A DNA stretch of 64,000 nt from Acidobacteriota bacterium (GTDB lineage Bacteria > Acidobacteriota > UBA6911 > RPQK01 > JAJDTT01), in contig CBDCJH010000002.1 of assembly GCA_965217775.1 (NCBI GenBank), positions 1,696,001 to 1,760,000 on the forward strand, in the 5' to 3' direction. Below the pieces are notes generated by a model that saw only the letters and a program-made list of their open reading frames with translations, made no database searches and was not told the DNA's origin. The position numbers and the translations under genes were made by a program. Of the stretch, positions 21,553 through 31,265 are shown one piece after another. Positions within the stretch are counted from its first letter, which is position 1, and the number at the start of each line of letters is the position of its first letter.

Positions 21553-24512
21553 TAGCAAGAGAAGATGTGCCGGTAGATTTGTCGAATGGCGGTGGATTCG
21601 ATCCGATAGCGCTCCAGAAGCGAGTCCCCCGAGTCCAAATCCATGAGGCGAGCCGTGATTGCACACCGGGACGGATCGCGGGGTAGTCTGGTCACCGGAC
21701 TTTCAGCCAGTAGTCGCTGCAGAGCCTCGAGGTGGAAGAGAAATCCCGCGCCCCGGCTCAGGACCTTCCCCTCATCAGGATCGAGATGACCCGACTCGAC
21801 AAGTCTGGAGATGCCGAACCGAGTCCCTCTTCCCTCGATCCCGTGTTGCAACTGCAGATACTTTACCACGAACTGGATATCCATCAGCCCACCGCGGCCG
21901 ACCTTGAAATCGTAGTTGACTCCAGCTTTTTCCTTTCCCACCTCCCGCTCCTGGCGCCGGCGGACGTGGTCCAGCTCCCGAACCTGGTCCTGGGTGAAGG
22001 GCTGGACGTTCCAGATCAGATGCCTCAGGTCCAGGGGTTTTCCCTGGCTGTAGACAGGACGAAGACTGGCGTAGGCCATTCGTTCCCAGGGGTCGGCTCG
22101 GGTCGCGAAGTAGCGCTCAAGCGCCGGGAAGGGAATTGCCAATGCCCCGTGCCGTCCATCGGGACGCAACCGGAAATCCATCAGGTACGCCCGCCCCTGA
22201 TCGGTATAGGTCTCCAGCTCCTGAATCAGTCTCCGAACCAGGCGCACGAAGAGTATGGACAGATCCTGGTCCGGACGGAGTCCGTAAACCAGCAGCAGAT
22301 CCAGATCGGAGTGATAGGTCATCTGCCGCTCTCCCAGCTTTCCCAGAGCCAGGAGGCAGAAGGTCTCTTCCCGAAGAGCAGGGAAGTCCCGGAGAATCTC
22401 TCGCATGACGTGACGGAGACAGTTGTCGGCCAGGTGACTGAGGCGGAGCCTGGTCCCGGCGGTCCCCGGTTCCAACAGATCGTGGAGCGCCACCTTGAAC
22501 TCCTCCCGGCGCTTGAAGACCCGCAAGGCGATCCTCCGATCCTTGGCCCCCTTAGCCAACTGCTCCAGCGGTTTCCGCATACCGGGCGCATCGTCCTCCA
22601 AAGGCGGAAGCCGGGAGACCGAATCCAGCAACTCGGGATTGTGGATCAGGGTCTCGGACAAGAACTCGCTGGTCGCCAACACGGTCAAGAGGGTCTTCCG
22701 GAAAAGACGGTTCTCTATGAGTTCGGAATAGAGATCGGCGCGGGCCTGGAGCGACTCGCTGAAGCGGTCCAGGCGGGTGAACAGATGGGAGGCTTTCGAT
22801 GCCAAGTCGATGTAGTCGATCAGGTGAGGCACCAGGTTGGCCAGGAGATTCCGCATCCGGCTGGGCGAATTGGGGAAAGACGGGGCCTTCTCCAGAACCG
22901 CGATGCCCTCCAGGACACCCGGGTCCCGGATACCGTTGGCTCGGAGAATCTCCAATGCCTCCTCCCGGCTCATATCCGAGTTGAGCACCAGCCGTTCCAG
23001 ACCGCGCTGGGTCGGATCCTTCCCGAACAACGACTCGAATATTCGCCGGACCTGGCCTTTCCTTTGCTCCAGTTCTTCCAGGAACGAGTCGGTCTCCGGC
23101 TCGGCCCCCGGAGCGTTCGCCCCCGCACCGAAGCCCAAACGCCGGGCCAGGCGCAGCAGCTTTCCCGGATCCCGGGGAAGACGATGGGTCTGCAAGTCAT
23201 GGACGAGCTGCAACTTGTGCTCGACGTCCCGGAGAAACAGGTAATTTTTGCGAAGCGTCCGATGGTCGTCGGCGGAGATGAGTCCGCCGTCCAGCAAGCG
23301 GTCCAGGGCATCCAGGGTGTTGGGAGTTCTGAGCCCTGGCTGGGACCCGCCGTAAAGGAGCTGGAAGACTTGGGCGAAGAACTCGATTTCCCGAATCCCG
23401 CCCCGGCCCAACTTGACGTCCCAGGTTTCGCTCCCCCCCTGTTCCGATTGGCGCTCCGCCCGCCGCTTGAGCCACCGAACCTCCTCGATGGCGGCAAAAT
23501 CCAGATATCGCTTGTAAACGAATTCCTCCTGAACGATTGCCACCAATTTCCCGCCCAACGCGGCGCTTCCCGCCACCTGCCGGCACTTGATCAGCGCCAA
23601 GCGGTCGGGTGTGTCCCCCCAGGTCTGGTAATAGGAGCGGTAGGCATCCAACGAATACACGATCTCCCCGGACCTGCCCATGGGCCGCAACCGGAGATCG
23701 ACTCGGTAAAGCCTTCCCTCGGCCGTAATGGTGGACAGCGCCCGCGTCAGATCGCGGGCAAAGCGGGCCGTGCGTCCGAAATCGGTCCCATCGGCACGGA
23801 CGTACAGGAGATCGACGTCGGAGCTGAAATTCAGCTCTTCTCCTCCCAGCTTCCCCAGTGCCAATACCGAAAAATCGGATTTCGATTCCAGCCCCGACGG
23901 CGCCAGCAGGTCGAAGGTCCGCTCCAGCACGGCGTCGGCGAGGTGGGACACTTGGCGAGCCGTCTGGTCCGGCGTGCAGAAATCCAGGATGTCCTGCGCG
24001 GCGATCCGGAGAGTCTCTTGCCGGCGAAGCCGGCGAAGCGACTCGAGAGCCGCCTCCGAACCTTCGGACGGACCCGCCGCCCGGGCCCGCGCCAGGAAGT
24101 AATCCCTGTCTGGAATCGATTCCAGCCGATTCCCCTCCAGGAGCCAATCGACGTAGTCGGGGCTCCGCAGCAGGAGCTGGGCCAAGTAGGTCGAGGCGCC
24201 CAGAATCCGGGACAGGATCCTCAGCGCACGTGGCTTTTGACTCAGCAGGTCGAGAAAAGCATCAGCACTGGACGCCGATTCGATCAGCGTTGCCAGATGG
24301 AGGATCACGGCGTCCGGATCGGCGGCTCCAAGGGCCTCCCGAAACAGATTCTCGGCAAATTCGGGTAATTCGGGGCGGTCGCCGCTCACCCGGCGAATTG
24401 CCCGAAGACTCTGAGCGACTCGGGAGGGGTTGCGGAAACCGGACCGGGCGAGAACCCGGCTGACCTCCTGGTTGGAAAAGCGGGAGGACAGGAAGAATTC
24501 CCGGGCGCGCAT
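21552..24512 (-). CDS. glnE: Glutamine synthetase adenylyltransferase / adenylyl-removing enzyme
   Basis: Two NT domains (LGKLGGEELNFSSDVDL and LGKLGERQMTYHSDLDL), VDLRLRP, KLGRGGIREIEF. Confidence 0.92.
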   Translation of the reverse strand: MRAREFFLSSRFSNQEVSRVLARSGFRNPSRVAQSLRAIRRVSGDRPELPEFAENLFREALGAADPDAVILHLATLIESASSADAFLDLLSQKPRALRILSRILGASTYLAQLLLRSPDYVDWLLEGNRLESIPDRDYFLARARAAGPSEGSEAALESLRRLRRQETLRIAAQDILDFCTPDQTARQVSHLADAVLERTFDLLAPSGLESKSDFSVLALGKLGGEELNFSSDVDLLYVRADGTDFGRTARFARDLTRALSTITAEGRLYRVDLRLRPMGRSGEIVYSLDAYRSYYQTWGDTPDRLALIKCRQVAGSAALGGKLVAIVQEEFVYKRYLDFAAIEEVRWLKRRAERQSEQGGSETWDVKLGRGGIREIEFFAQVFQLLYGGSQPGLRTPNTLDALDRLLDGGLISADDHRTLRKNYLFLRDVEHKLQLVHDLQTHRLPRDPGKLLRLARRLGFGAGANAPGAEPETDSFLEELEQRKGQVRRIFESLFGKDPTQRGLERLVLNSDMSREEALEILRANGIRDPGVLEGIAVLEKAPSFPNSPSRMRNLLANLVPHLIDYIDLASKASHLFTRLDRFSESLQARADLYSELIENRLFRKTLLTVLATSEFLSETLIHNPELLDSVSRLPPLEDDAPGMRKPLEQLAKGAKDRRIALRVFKRREEFKVALHDLLEPGTAGTRLRLSHLADNCLRHVMREILRDFPALREETFCLLALGKLGERQMTYHSDLDLLLVYGLRPDQDLSILFVRLVRRLIQELETYTDQGRAYLMDFRLRPDGRHGALAIPFPALERYFATRADPWERMAYASLRPVYSQGKPLDLRHLIWNVQPFTQDQVRELDHVRRRQEREVGKEKAGVNYDFKVGRGGLMDIQFVVKYLQLQHGIEGRGTRFGISRLVESGHLDPDEGKVLSRGAGFLFHLEALQRLLAESPVTRLPRDPSRCAITARLMDLDSGDSLLERYRIESTAIRQIYRHIFSC

Positions 24513-24520
24513 TCCAGGCG

Positions 24521-24529
24521 ATTCTAGCA
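24521..24529 (-). promoter_or_regulatory. Putative extended -10 (TGcTAGAAT) for leaderless glnE
   Basis: TAGAAT 8 nt before ATG 24512; the TG comes from the MITE terminus. Confidence 0.4.
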
Positions 24530-24597
24530 ATCCGTGGCAAAAGTCGTTACGGCGTTCGACGGGTCCCGGCGGTACTCGAGACTGTCACCACGGACTG
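24528..24597 (-). mobile_element. Internally deleted MITE family A copy (70 bp)
   Basis: Both termini present (CAATCCGTGGCAAAAGTCGT ... CACCACGGACTG); central ~90 bp missing; flanks CTAG / CCGG. Confidence 0.7.
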
Positions 24598-24627
24598 CCG
24601 GCACGCATCCGCAAGCAATCATCGAGA

Positions 24628-24665
24628 GTGGACGGGTCGTTCGGTAACTGGAACCACCCGTCCAC
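24628..24665. terminator. Stem-loop downstream of glnA
   Basis: GTGGACGGGT ... ACCCGTCCAC 10-bp stem; weak U-tract. Confidence 0.45.
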
Positions 24666-24701
24666 GGGCACGGCGGCTGTGGAGCCGCAGGGCAGGGAAG
24701 A

Positions 24702-26117
24702 TCAGATGTCGAAGTAAAGAGCGAACTCGTACGGATGCGGTCTCAGGCGCATGGCATCCACTTCACGCTCCCGCTTGTACGCCAACCAGTTCTCGATCAC
24801 ATCCGGAGTGAAAACGTCTCCCTTGAGCAGGAAGTCATGGTCGGCCTCCAAGGCGTCGAGGGCCTCCTCCAGAGTCCCCGGAACCGACTCCACCTGAGCC
24901 ATCTGTTCGGGTGGCAGATCGTAAAGGTCCTTGTCCATGGGATCGGGCGGCATGATCTTGTTCTGAATCCCATCCAGACCGGCCATGAGCATGGCCGCAA
25001 ATGCCAAGTAGCCGTTACAGGACGGATCGGGAGGCCGGAACTCGATCCGCTTGGCCTTTTCGCTGCTGGAGTAGGTGGGGATTCGGACGCAGGCGCTTCG
25101 GTTGCGCATCGAATAGATGAGATTGACGGGCGCCTCGTAACCGGGCACCAGCCGCCGGTAGGAATTCGTGGTCGGAGCACCGAAAGCCAGGACGGCGGCA
25201 GCGTGCTTGAGGAGTCCGCCGATGTAGTAGACCGCGTCCTGACTCAGATCGGCATAGGTGCCGGGGCCGTAGAAGACGTTCCTGCCCTGCTTCCAGAGGC
25301 TCTGATGGCAGTGCATCCCGGAGCCGTTGTCCATGAATATGGGCTTGGGCATCAGGGTGACCGTCTTGTCGTAACGGCGCGCCACGTTCTTGATGATGTA
25401 CTTGAACTTCAGCAGCTTATCTCCCATGTTGACCAGGGAATCGAAGCGCATGTCGATCTCGCATTGGCCGGCCGTGGCCACTTCGTGGTGATGGACTTCC
25501 ACCTCGATGTCGGCGTCTTGGAGAACCAGCATCATCTCCGTCCTCATATCCTGAAGCGTGTCCATGGGAGGAACGGGGAAGTAGCCTTCCTTGTATCGAG
25601 GCTTGTAGCCCAGGTTGGGGTTTTCTTCGCGCCCGCTGTTCCAGAAACCCTCCACCGAATCGATGTAGTAGTAGCCGTGATTGTAGGACTGGTCGAACCG
25701 GACGTCGTCCAGGACGAAAAACTCCGGCTCGGGTCCGAAATAGGCGGTATCGGCGATACCGGTCGACACCAGGTATTTCTCAGCTTTCTGAGTGATGTAG
25801 CGGGGGTCCCGGCTGTATGGTTCCTGGGTGATGGGATCGGCGATGTTGCAGATCAGAATCAGGGTTCTGACCTTGGAAAACGGATCCTCGAAGCAGGTGC
25901 TGGGATCGGGGATCAGGATCATGTCGCTTTCCTGAATCTGCTGAAAGCCCCGAATGCTGGACCCGTCAAAACCAAACCCATCGGTGAAGCTGTCCTCGTC
26001 CAGATCGCCGGCGGCGATGGTAAAGTGCTGCCACAGTCCCGGCAGGTCGCAGAACCGCAGATCCACGACCTTGAGCTGCTGATCTCGAATCAGATTAACT
26101 ACTTCTCTGGCATCCAT
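24702..26117 (-). CDS. glnA: Glutamine synthetase type I
   Basis: [43 protein letters not shown], adenylylation site DLYDL; AGGAGG RBS. Confidence 0.97.
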   Translation of the reverse strand: MDAREVVNLIRDQQLKVVDLRFCDLPGLWQHFTIAAGDLDEDSFTDGFGFDGSSIRGFQQIQESDMILIPDPSTCFEDPFSKVRTLILICNIADPITQEPYSRDPRYITQKAEKYLVSTGIADTAYFGPEPEFFVLDDVRFDQSYNHGYYYIDSVEGFWNSGREENPNLGYKPRYKEGYFPVPPMDTLQDMRTEMMLVLQDADIEVEVHHHEVATAGQCEIDMRFDSLVNMGDKLLKFKYIIKNVARRYDKTVTLMPKPIFMDNGSGMHCHQSLWKQGRNVFYGPGTYADLSQDAVYYIGGLLKHAAAVLAFGAPTTNSYRRLVPGYEAPVNLIYSMRNRSACVRIPTYSSSEKAKRIEFRPPDPSCNGYLAFAAMLMAGLDGIQNKIMPPDPMDKDLYDLPPEQMAQVESVPGTLEEALDALEADHDFLLKGDVFTPDVIENWLAYKREREVDAMRLRPHPYEFALYFDI

Positions 26118-26282
26118 AAGCGAGGGCCCTCCTTATGCCGGTTCTTGGACTGTTCGTGTAAAGGCAACGAGCGTTGCCAAGCTTCCGCCTGCAGAAATGG
26201 TAAAATGACTCGCTCCGCCTCGAAAGACCCCTCTTGTTTTTTAATTTCGGAAAACCGTCTTGTCGCCGGGGAAGGGCCATAT

Positions 26283-26441
26283 CAGTCCGTGGTGAAAGTC
26301 CCGCGAGCACCGAAACCGATCCTGCGCCCGCCGGACCAGGCACAACGGAGGGAGCATACCGGGAGTATGTGACCGAGTCGCAACGCAGTCCGCGCCAATC
26401 CAGGGACGGCCGAATGCCGTGACGACTTTTGCCACGGGCTG
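26283..26441 (+). mobile_element. MITE family A, copy 2 (159 bp)
   Basis: Same TIRs and internal GGGAGCATACCGGGAGTATG; flanks ATAT / ATAA. Confidence 0.85.
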
Positions 26442-26466
26442 ATAACCGTCGGCGCGCAACGACTGA

Positions 26467-27045
26467 CTATTGATCTTCGACCGCCTGAGTCTCCATGAAG
26501 TAGTAGGAGACCAGGTGGAGGATCAGGAAGTGGGCTTCCTCGATGTGGCCCATGTGGGACGAATCGACGTGAATGACACTCCGGGCGCAATTAGAGAGCT
26601 CCCCTCCGGATCTCCCCGTAATCCCGACAGTGTCGATTCCGTTCCGGTTGGCCCAGCGGACGGCGTTGATCACGTTCGGAGAATTTCCGCTGCCACTGAA
26701 GGCCAAGAGCAGGTCTCCGCCGCGGCCGAGGTTCCTCAGCTGCTCCACAAAGATCCGGTCGTAGTCGTAGTCGTTGGCGACGGCCGATATCCAGGGAATA
26801 TTGTCGGTGAGGGAAAGGACCCGGAACCGGGGACTGCGGCCGTGGGAAGCCCCCTTTCCCAGATCGTTGGCCAAATGGGATGCGGAGGCCGCGCTGCCGC
26901 CGTTCCCACAGACGAATATCTGCCGCTCGTTCTTCCGGGCGGTTTCCAATCGACTCGCCAGGTCGGCCACCAGATTCTCCGAAACCGTGTTCAGCACCTC
27001 CAGCGAAGTCCTCTTGTAGGCCGCGACGTAACTCTTGATGTCCAT
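26467..27045 (-). CDS. SIS-domain sugar isomerase (GmhA / phosphoheptose isomerase-like)
   Basis: CGNGGSAASASH, ANDYDY, SGSGNSPNV, EEAH; start ATG 27045. Confidence 0.85.
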   Translation of the reverse strand: MDIKSYVAAYKRTSLEVLNTVSENLVADLASRLETARKNERQIFVCGNGGSAASASHLANDLGKGASHGRSPRFRVLSLTDNIPWISAVANDYDYDRIFVEQLRNLGRGGDLLLAFSGSGNSPNVINAVRWANRNGIDTVGITGRSGGELSNCARSVIHVDSSHMGHIEEAHFLILHLVSYYFMETQAVEDQ

Positions 27046-27246
27046 GCCGGAGAATCTCCTCGATCCTGGCGCCGACGATTCGGCTGTGCTCGGAAGCGTA
27101 ACTTCCGGATCGACTCTCCCGCAAGCTCGACCCGGGCTTCGACGACCTGAGCCGACCGCTCTCTGCCGGACGGGGAAGGAAGCGGGACCAGCCCGACCTG
27201 ACCCCGCGAGATCCTGGCGCGAACCTCGTCCGTTCCCATTTCCAGA

Positions 27247-27274
27247 ACGTCGCATAATGAATATTATGTAAACT
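27247..27274 (+). other. dif site (XerC/XerD recombination site)
   Basis: ACGTCGCATAA-TGAATA-TTATGTAAACT has the 11-6-11 layout of E. coli dif GGTGCGCATAA-TGTATA-TTATGTTAAAT; intergenic, AT-rich. Confidence 0.88.
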
Positions 27275-27395
27275 AATGGAACTTGGGGACCGCTCGGTCC
27301 GGCAGTATTAGGAATGCGGAAATATCGTTATTTGAAAGGGATTTAAAGGGAATCAGATGAGAAGTAACCGGAGTATTGGGGTCAAGCCAAGGAGG

Positions 27396-27881
27396 CTACA
27401 TCTTGTATTTGCCCATTTCTTCCGGGTTGAGATTCTCCAGCCACTTGCGCACCTCTTCCGGATCCAGGTTTTCCTTGTCCAGAGTGATGTTGCGGCTGTT
27501 GTTGATGACGTCTTCCGTGACGTAGATGGGGGAGTCGGTTCGGAGGGCCAAGGCGATGGCGTCGCTGGGACGGCTGTCGATGGCGATGGGTTCCCCGTTG
27601 AGCTTGAGATGAATCGACGCGTAGAAGGTGTTGTCCTTGAGTTCCGTGACGACGACCTTGTAGATCTCCGCGTCAAGCTGCATGAGGATGTTCTTGATCA
27701 GGTCGTGGGTCATGGGACGGGGCGTGTCGATCCGCTCCACCTGGAGCGCAATGGCGTTGGCCTCGAAGATCCCGACCCAGATCGGCAGGAGCGTGTTCTT
27801 CTTCACGTCCTGGAGGATGATGATCGGAGAATTGGTGATGGGATCCATCATCAGCCCGCGAATTTTGAACTCTCGCTCCAT
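27396..27881 (-). CDS. Bifunctional nuclease family protein (DUF151)
   Basis: LPIWVGIFEANAIA, RPMTHDL, IDSRPSDAIALALR. Confidence 0.9.
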   Translation of the reverse strand: MEREFKIRGLMMDPITNSPIIILQDVKKNTLLPIWVGIFEANAIALQVERIDTPRPMTHDLIKNILMQLDAEIYKVVVTELKDNTFYASIHLKLNGEPIAIDSRPSDAIALALRTDSPIYVTEDVINNSRNITLDKENLDPEEVRKWLENLNPEEMGKYKM

Positions 27882-27889
27882 GTGGACTC

Positions 27890-29239
27890 CTAACGGTTTG
27901 TCCCGGGACCAATTCTGGCGCCCAGAAGACTGTTGGCTCCGATTCCGGTGATGTGGACCTCGGCGAAGGAACCGGGAGGATCCTGGCCGGGGAAATTGAC
28001 CACCTTGTTGGTCGCCGTTCTTCCGAAGATCTTCTCGCCGTCTCGCGAGGTCCCTTCCACCAGGACCTCGAATTCCCTTCCCAGATACCGGTCCCGGTGG
28101 ATTTCGAGCTGGATCTCTTTCTGGCGGCGTTGCAACTGCATGAGACGGCGGGTCCGGTCCAGGCTGGTTTGATCGTCCGTCCAGTGCTCGGCGTCCGTGT
28201 AGGGCCGGGGGGAGTATTTGAAGGAGAACATGGACTCGTAGCGGACCCTTTCCAAGAGGCTCATGGTCTGCTGAAAATCGGCTTCCGTCTCCCCCGGAAA
28301 TCCGACGATCACGTCGGTGGAAATCGCGAAATCAGGATTCCAACGGCGAAACTTCTCGACGATCTCCAGGTACCGCTCCCGGGTGTACTGCCGCCGCATT
28401 CGCTTGAGAATCGGATTGGACCCGCTCTGGACCGGCAGGTGGACCTGGGAGCAGATTCGCGGTTCCTGCGCCATCAGTGCGATGGCGTCGTCATTGAACT
28501 CGCGCGGATGCGGAGACGTGAACCGGATTCGCCGGATTCCATCGACCCGGGCCACCTGGGCCAGGAGCTGGGCGAAGCGGAACCGGGGCCGCTGCGGGTC
28601 TCGATAACTGTTGACCGTCTGTCCCAGCAGGACGATCTCCACGAATCCCAGATCGGCCGCGCGCCGGACTTCTTCCAAAATGGCTTCGGCGGGCCGATTC
28701 CGTTCCTTGCCCCGGGTAAAAGGCACGATGCAGAAGGTACAGCGCTTGTTACAGCCCTCCATGATGGTGATCTGGGCTCTGAACCGGCTGGAGCGCAGCA
28801 CCGGTTCAATCTCGACCGGTATCGAGTCCGCCAGGAACTCGGTACGGACCCGCCGGGACGGATCCTGGTCCAAATCCTTGGAATCCAACTCGTCCAGGAG
28901 GTCGGGCAACGAGTGGTAGAGGTGGGTTCCCACAACCAGGTCCAGAAACGGAACCTTCTTCAGCATCCGCTCGCCCTCTTGCTGGGCCACGCAGCCCACC
29001 ACTCCGATTCTGAAGTTGTCCTCCCTCCGCTTTCGCGCCTTCATCCGTCCCAGACGGCTGTAGACCTTCTGGACCGCCTTCTCGCGGACGCTGCAGGTGT
29101 TGAGGAGGAAGAGGTCCGCTTCCTCGGGAGTCGAGGCCGGAATCATCCCGCGATGAACCAGGAGCCCGGAGATCTTCTCCGAGTCATGCACGTTCATCTG
29201 GCATCCGAAGGTTTCGATGAAAAAGCGCTCAGACCGCAT
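27890..29239 (-). CDS. miaB: tRNA methylthiotransferase MiaB
   Basis: TFGCQMNVHDSE, NTCSVRE, radical SAM CNKRCTFC, IVGFPGET, TRAM domain. Confidence 0.95.
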   Translation of the reverse strand: MRSERFFIETFGCQMNVHDSEKISGLLVHRGMIPASTPEEADLFLLNTCSVREKAVQKVYSRLGRMKARKRREDNFRIGVVGCVAQQEGERMLKKVPFLDLVVGTHLYHSLPDLLDELDSKDLDQDPSRRVRTEFLADSIPVEIEPVLRSSRFRAQITIMEGCNKRCTFCIVPFTRGKERNRPAEAILEEVRRAADLGFVEIVLLGQTVNSYRDPQRPRFRFAQLLAQVARVDGIRRIRFTSPHPREFNDDAIALMAQEPRICSQVHLPVQSGSNPILKRMRRQYTRERYLEIVEKFRRWNPDFAISTDVIVGFPGETEADFQQTMSLLERVRYESMFSFKYSPRPYTDAEHWTDDQTSLDRTRRLMQLQRRQKEIQLEIHRDRYLGREFEVLVEGTSRDGEKIFGRTATNKVVNFPGQDPPGSFAEVHITGIGANSLLGARIGPGTNR

Positions 29240-29370
29240 TGATCAGATCCCGCATGCCCGGAGGCCACGATTCGCCCGGCCCGACCGGGCTCGAGGCGTT
29301 CGGCCCCCGCGACGGAGTTCATTCTAGCCGAAGCCCGAAAGCCGAAACAATTGAGACCATCAAAACGGGA

Positions 29371-31095
29371 TCAGGTGGGCTGCGGTTTCGGTCGCTGAGA
29401 ATCGGCCCGGGATTCCGGGCGGGTGGCGGCCGCCGCCCGTCGAAGCAGCTCCCGGGCCTGCCGGAGAGTCGTCTCCGTCAACGAATCGCCGGCCGTCATG
29501 CGGGCCAATTCCCTGACCCGCTCGTCTGCATCCAGGATCCGGACCTGAATCACGGTTCTTCCCTCGTGGATTCCTTTGTCCACGTGCAAATGGCGCGTTG
29601 CGTGGCAGGCCAACTGAGGCCAGTGGGAGACGCAGAACACCTGGTCGCGGCGCGCCAACCGGGCCAATTTCAGACCTACGGTCGACGCCACCCGCCCCCC
29701 GATTCCGGCATCCACCTCATCGAAGACCAAGGTCTTGGAATAGGGTGTGAATGCGACCACCGAATTCAGGGCCAACGTGATCCGCGAGAGCTCCCCTCCC
29801 GACGCGGTGCGTCCCAATGGCCGGGGCGATTCCCCGGGATTGGGACTGATGAGGAATTCCGCCGTATCCGTTCCCTGCCCCGACTGGACCGACTCGTCGG
29901 TTTCGATCCGGACCCGAAATACACAGTTGCCCATGGCCAGTTGGGAGAGCTCGCCCTCAACCCGCCGGCAGAATTCCTCGGCATCTGCACGGCGTTTCCG
30001 GGAGAGCTTCCGCGACAGAGCAAGATACTTGGATTCAAGATCTTGCTCCTCCCGGATCCACTCCTCCTCCTGGCCCCGGGAGAAGTCCACCGACTCCAAT
30101 TCTTTCCGGATCTTTGCCTGGTGGTCCAGGACCTCCTCCAATGACGGCCCGTACTTCCTCTTGACACCCTCCAAGGCCGAGAGTCGTTCGCCGACCTGGT
30201 CCAGCCGTGCCGCGTCCCACTGGATCGATGCGGCGTAGTCCCGCAATTCCAGACCCACTTCCTCCACCTGATATCGGAGGTCGAGGCTGCGCTCGGCCAC
30301 GGTCTCCATTTCCGGGTCGAGCCGGCCGAGATCGTAAAGCCGCTTTTGAGCGTGATCCAGGAGAGAGAGAACACTTTCCTCCTGATCGTAAAGCAGCCGA
30401 AAGCTCTCGTATGCGGCCTGGTGCCGGCTTTCCGCCGTCGCCAGGAGATCCCGTTCCCGTTCCAGCTTCCGATCCATTCCCGGTTCCAGGGCGAGCTGTT
30501 CCAGCTCCGACAACCGGTAACGCAGAGTGTTCATTCTCTCGAGGCGCCGGCTCGCGCCATCACGGAGGCGTTCGAGACGCCGGCGAACCGCCATCAGATC
30601 GACGTAGACCTGCCGGACACGGTCCGTGAGTTCCCCGTTCTCGCCAAAACCGTCCAGGTGCCGAAGGTGGGTGCGAGGCTGCAACAGGCTCTGCTGATCA
30701 TGCTGTCCATGGATGTCCGCCATCAGGCTTCCCAACCGGGTCAGGACCCCCAGTGTCGAGAGCTTCCCATTGATGAAAATCCGATTGGCTCCGGTCCGGG
30801 AAATCTCCCTCCGAATCAGGATTTCGTCGCCCTCGGTTTCCAGACCCGTTTTCTCGATAGAGGACCAGGCGGGATGCCCGAGATCCAGGGCAAAAACGCC
30901 TTCGACCCGGGCCTTTTCGAAGCCCTCTCGTATCATCTCCTGCGAGGCCCGTTCCCCCGCCAGGAGGGAGACCGAATCGACCAGGATCGATTTTCCCGAC
31001 CCGGTCTCGCCGGTGATCAGATTGAACCCCGGCGCAAACTCCAGATCGAGCCGGTCAATGAGCGCGAAGTTACTGATACGAAGGTAGTTGAGCAT
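29371..31095 (-). CDS. recN: DNA repair protein RecN
   Basis: TGETGSGKS, IHGQH, ASGGELSR, VFDEVDAGIGG, ELARM. Confidence 0.95.
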   Translation of the reverse strand: MLNYLRISNFALIDRLDLEFAPGFNLITGETGSGKSILVDSVSLLAGERASQEMIREGFEKARVEGVFALDLGHPAWSSIEKTGLETEGDEILIRREISRTGANRIFINGKLSTLGVLTRLGSLMADIHGQHDQQSLLQPRTHLRHLDGFGENGELTDRVRQVYVDLMAVRRRLERLRDGASRRLERMNTLRYRLSELEQLALEPGMDRKLERERDLLATAESRHQAAYESFRLLYDQEESVLSLLDHAQKRLYDLGRLDPEMETVAERSLDLRYQVEEVGLELRDYAASIQWDAARLDQVGERLSALEGVKRKYGPSLEEVLDHQAKIRKELESVDFSRGQEEEWIREEQDLESKYLALSRKLSRKRRADAEEFCRRVEGELSQLAMGNCVFRVRIETDESVQSGQGTDTAEFLISPNPGESPRPLGRTASGGELSRITLALNSVVAFTPYSKTLVFDEVDAGIGGRVASTVGLKLARLARRDQVFCVSHWPQLACHATRHLHVDKGIHEGRTVIQVRILDADERVRELARMTAGDSLTETTLRQARELLRRAAAATRPESRADSQRPKPQPT

Positions 31096-31265
31096 TCCGC
31101 GTCGAGAGGAGACGAGGTCCGGTTCCGCCCCGGGACGAGAACCAGGAATCATTATAGGAAAACCGAGCCGATTCCGGGAGAGGCCGGACGCCCGATATGT
31201 GACATAGGCCTAGTTTACAATTTCCTGGGCTGTATTTGGAGGAACTCGACCGTGGCGCCGGGGGA

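Noticed and set aside
21732-24368. Long antisense ORFs (878 aa here; also 7670-8950, 19831-21537, 24735-26372, 48408-50054, 52265-54103)
   Set aside because: They mirror well-supported genes on the opposite strand, as expected from high-GC codon bias, and show no recognisable motifs.
26161-26180. Canonical sigma54 promoter for glnA
   Set aside because: The spacing is GG-N11-GC, not N10; kept only as a palindrome finding.
24528-26441. Composite transposon carrying glnA between inverted MITE-A copies
   Set aside because: The outer flanks (CTAG vs ATAA) do not match, and glnA sits in its expected context beside glnE.
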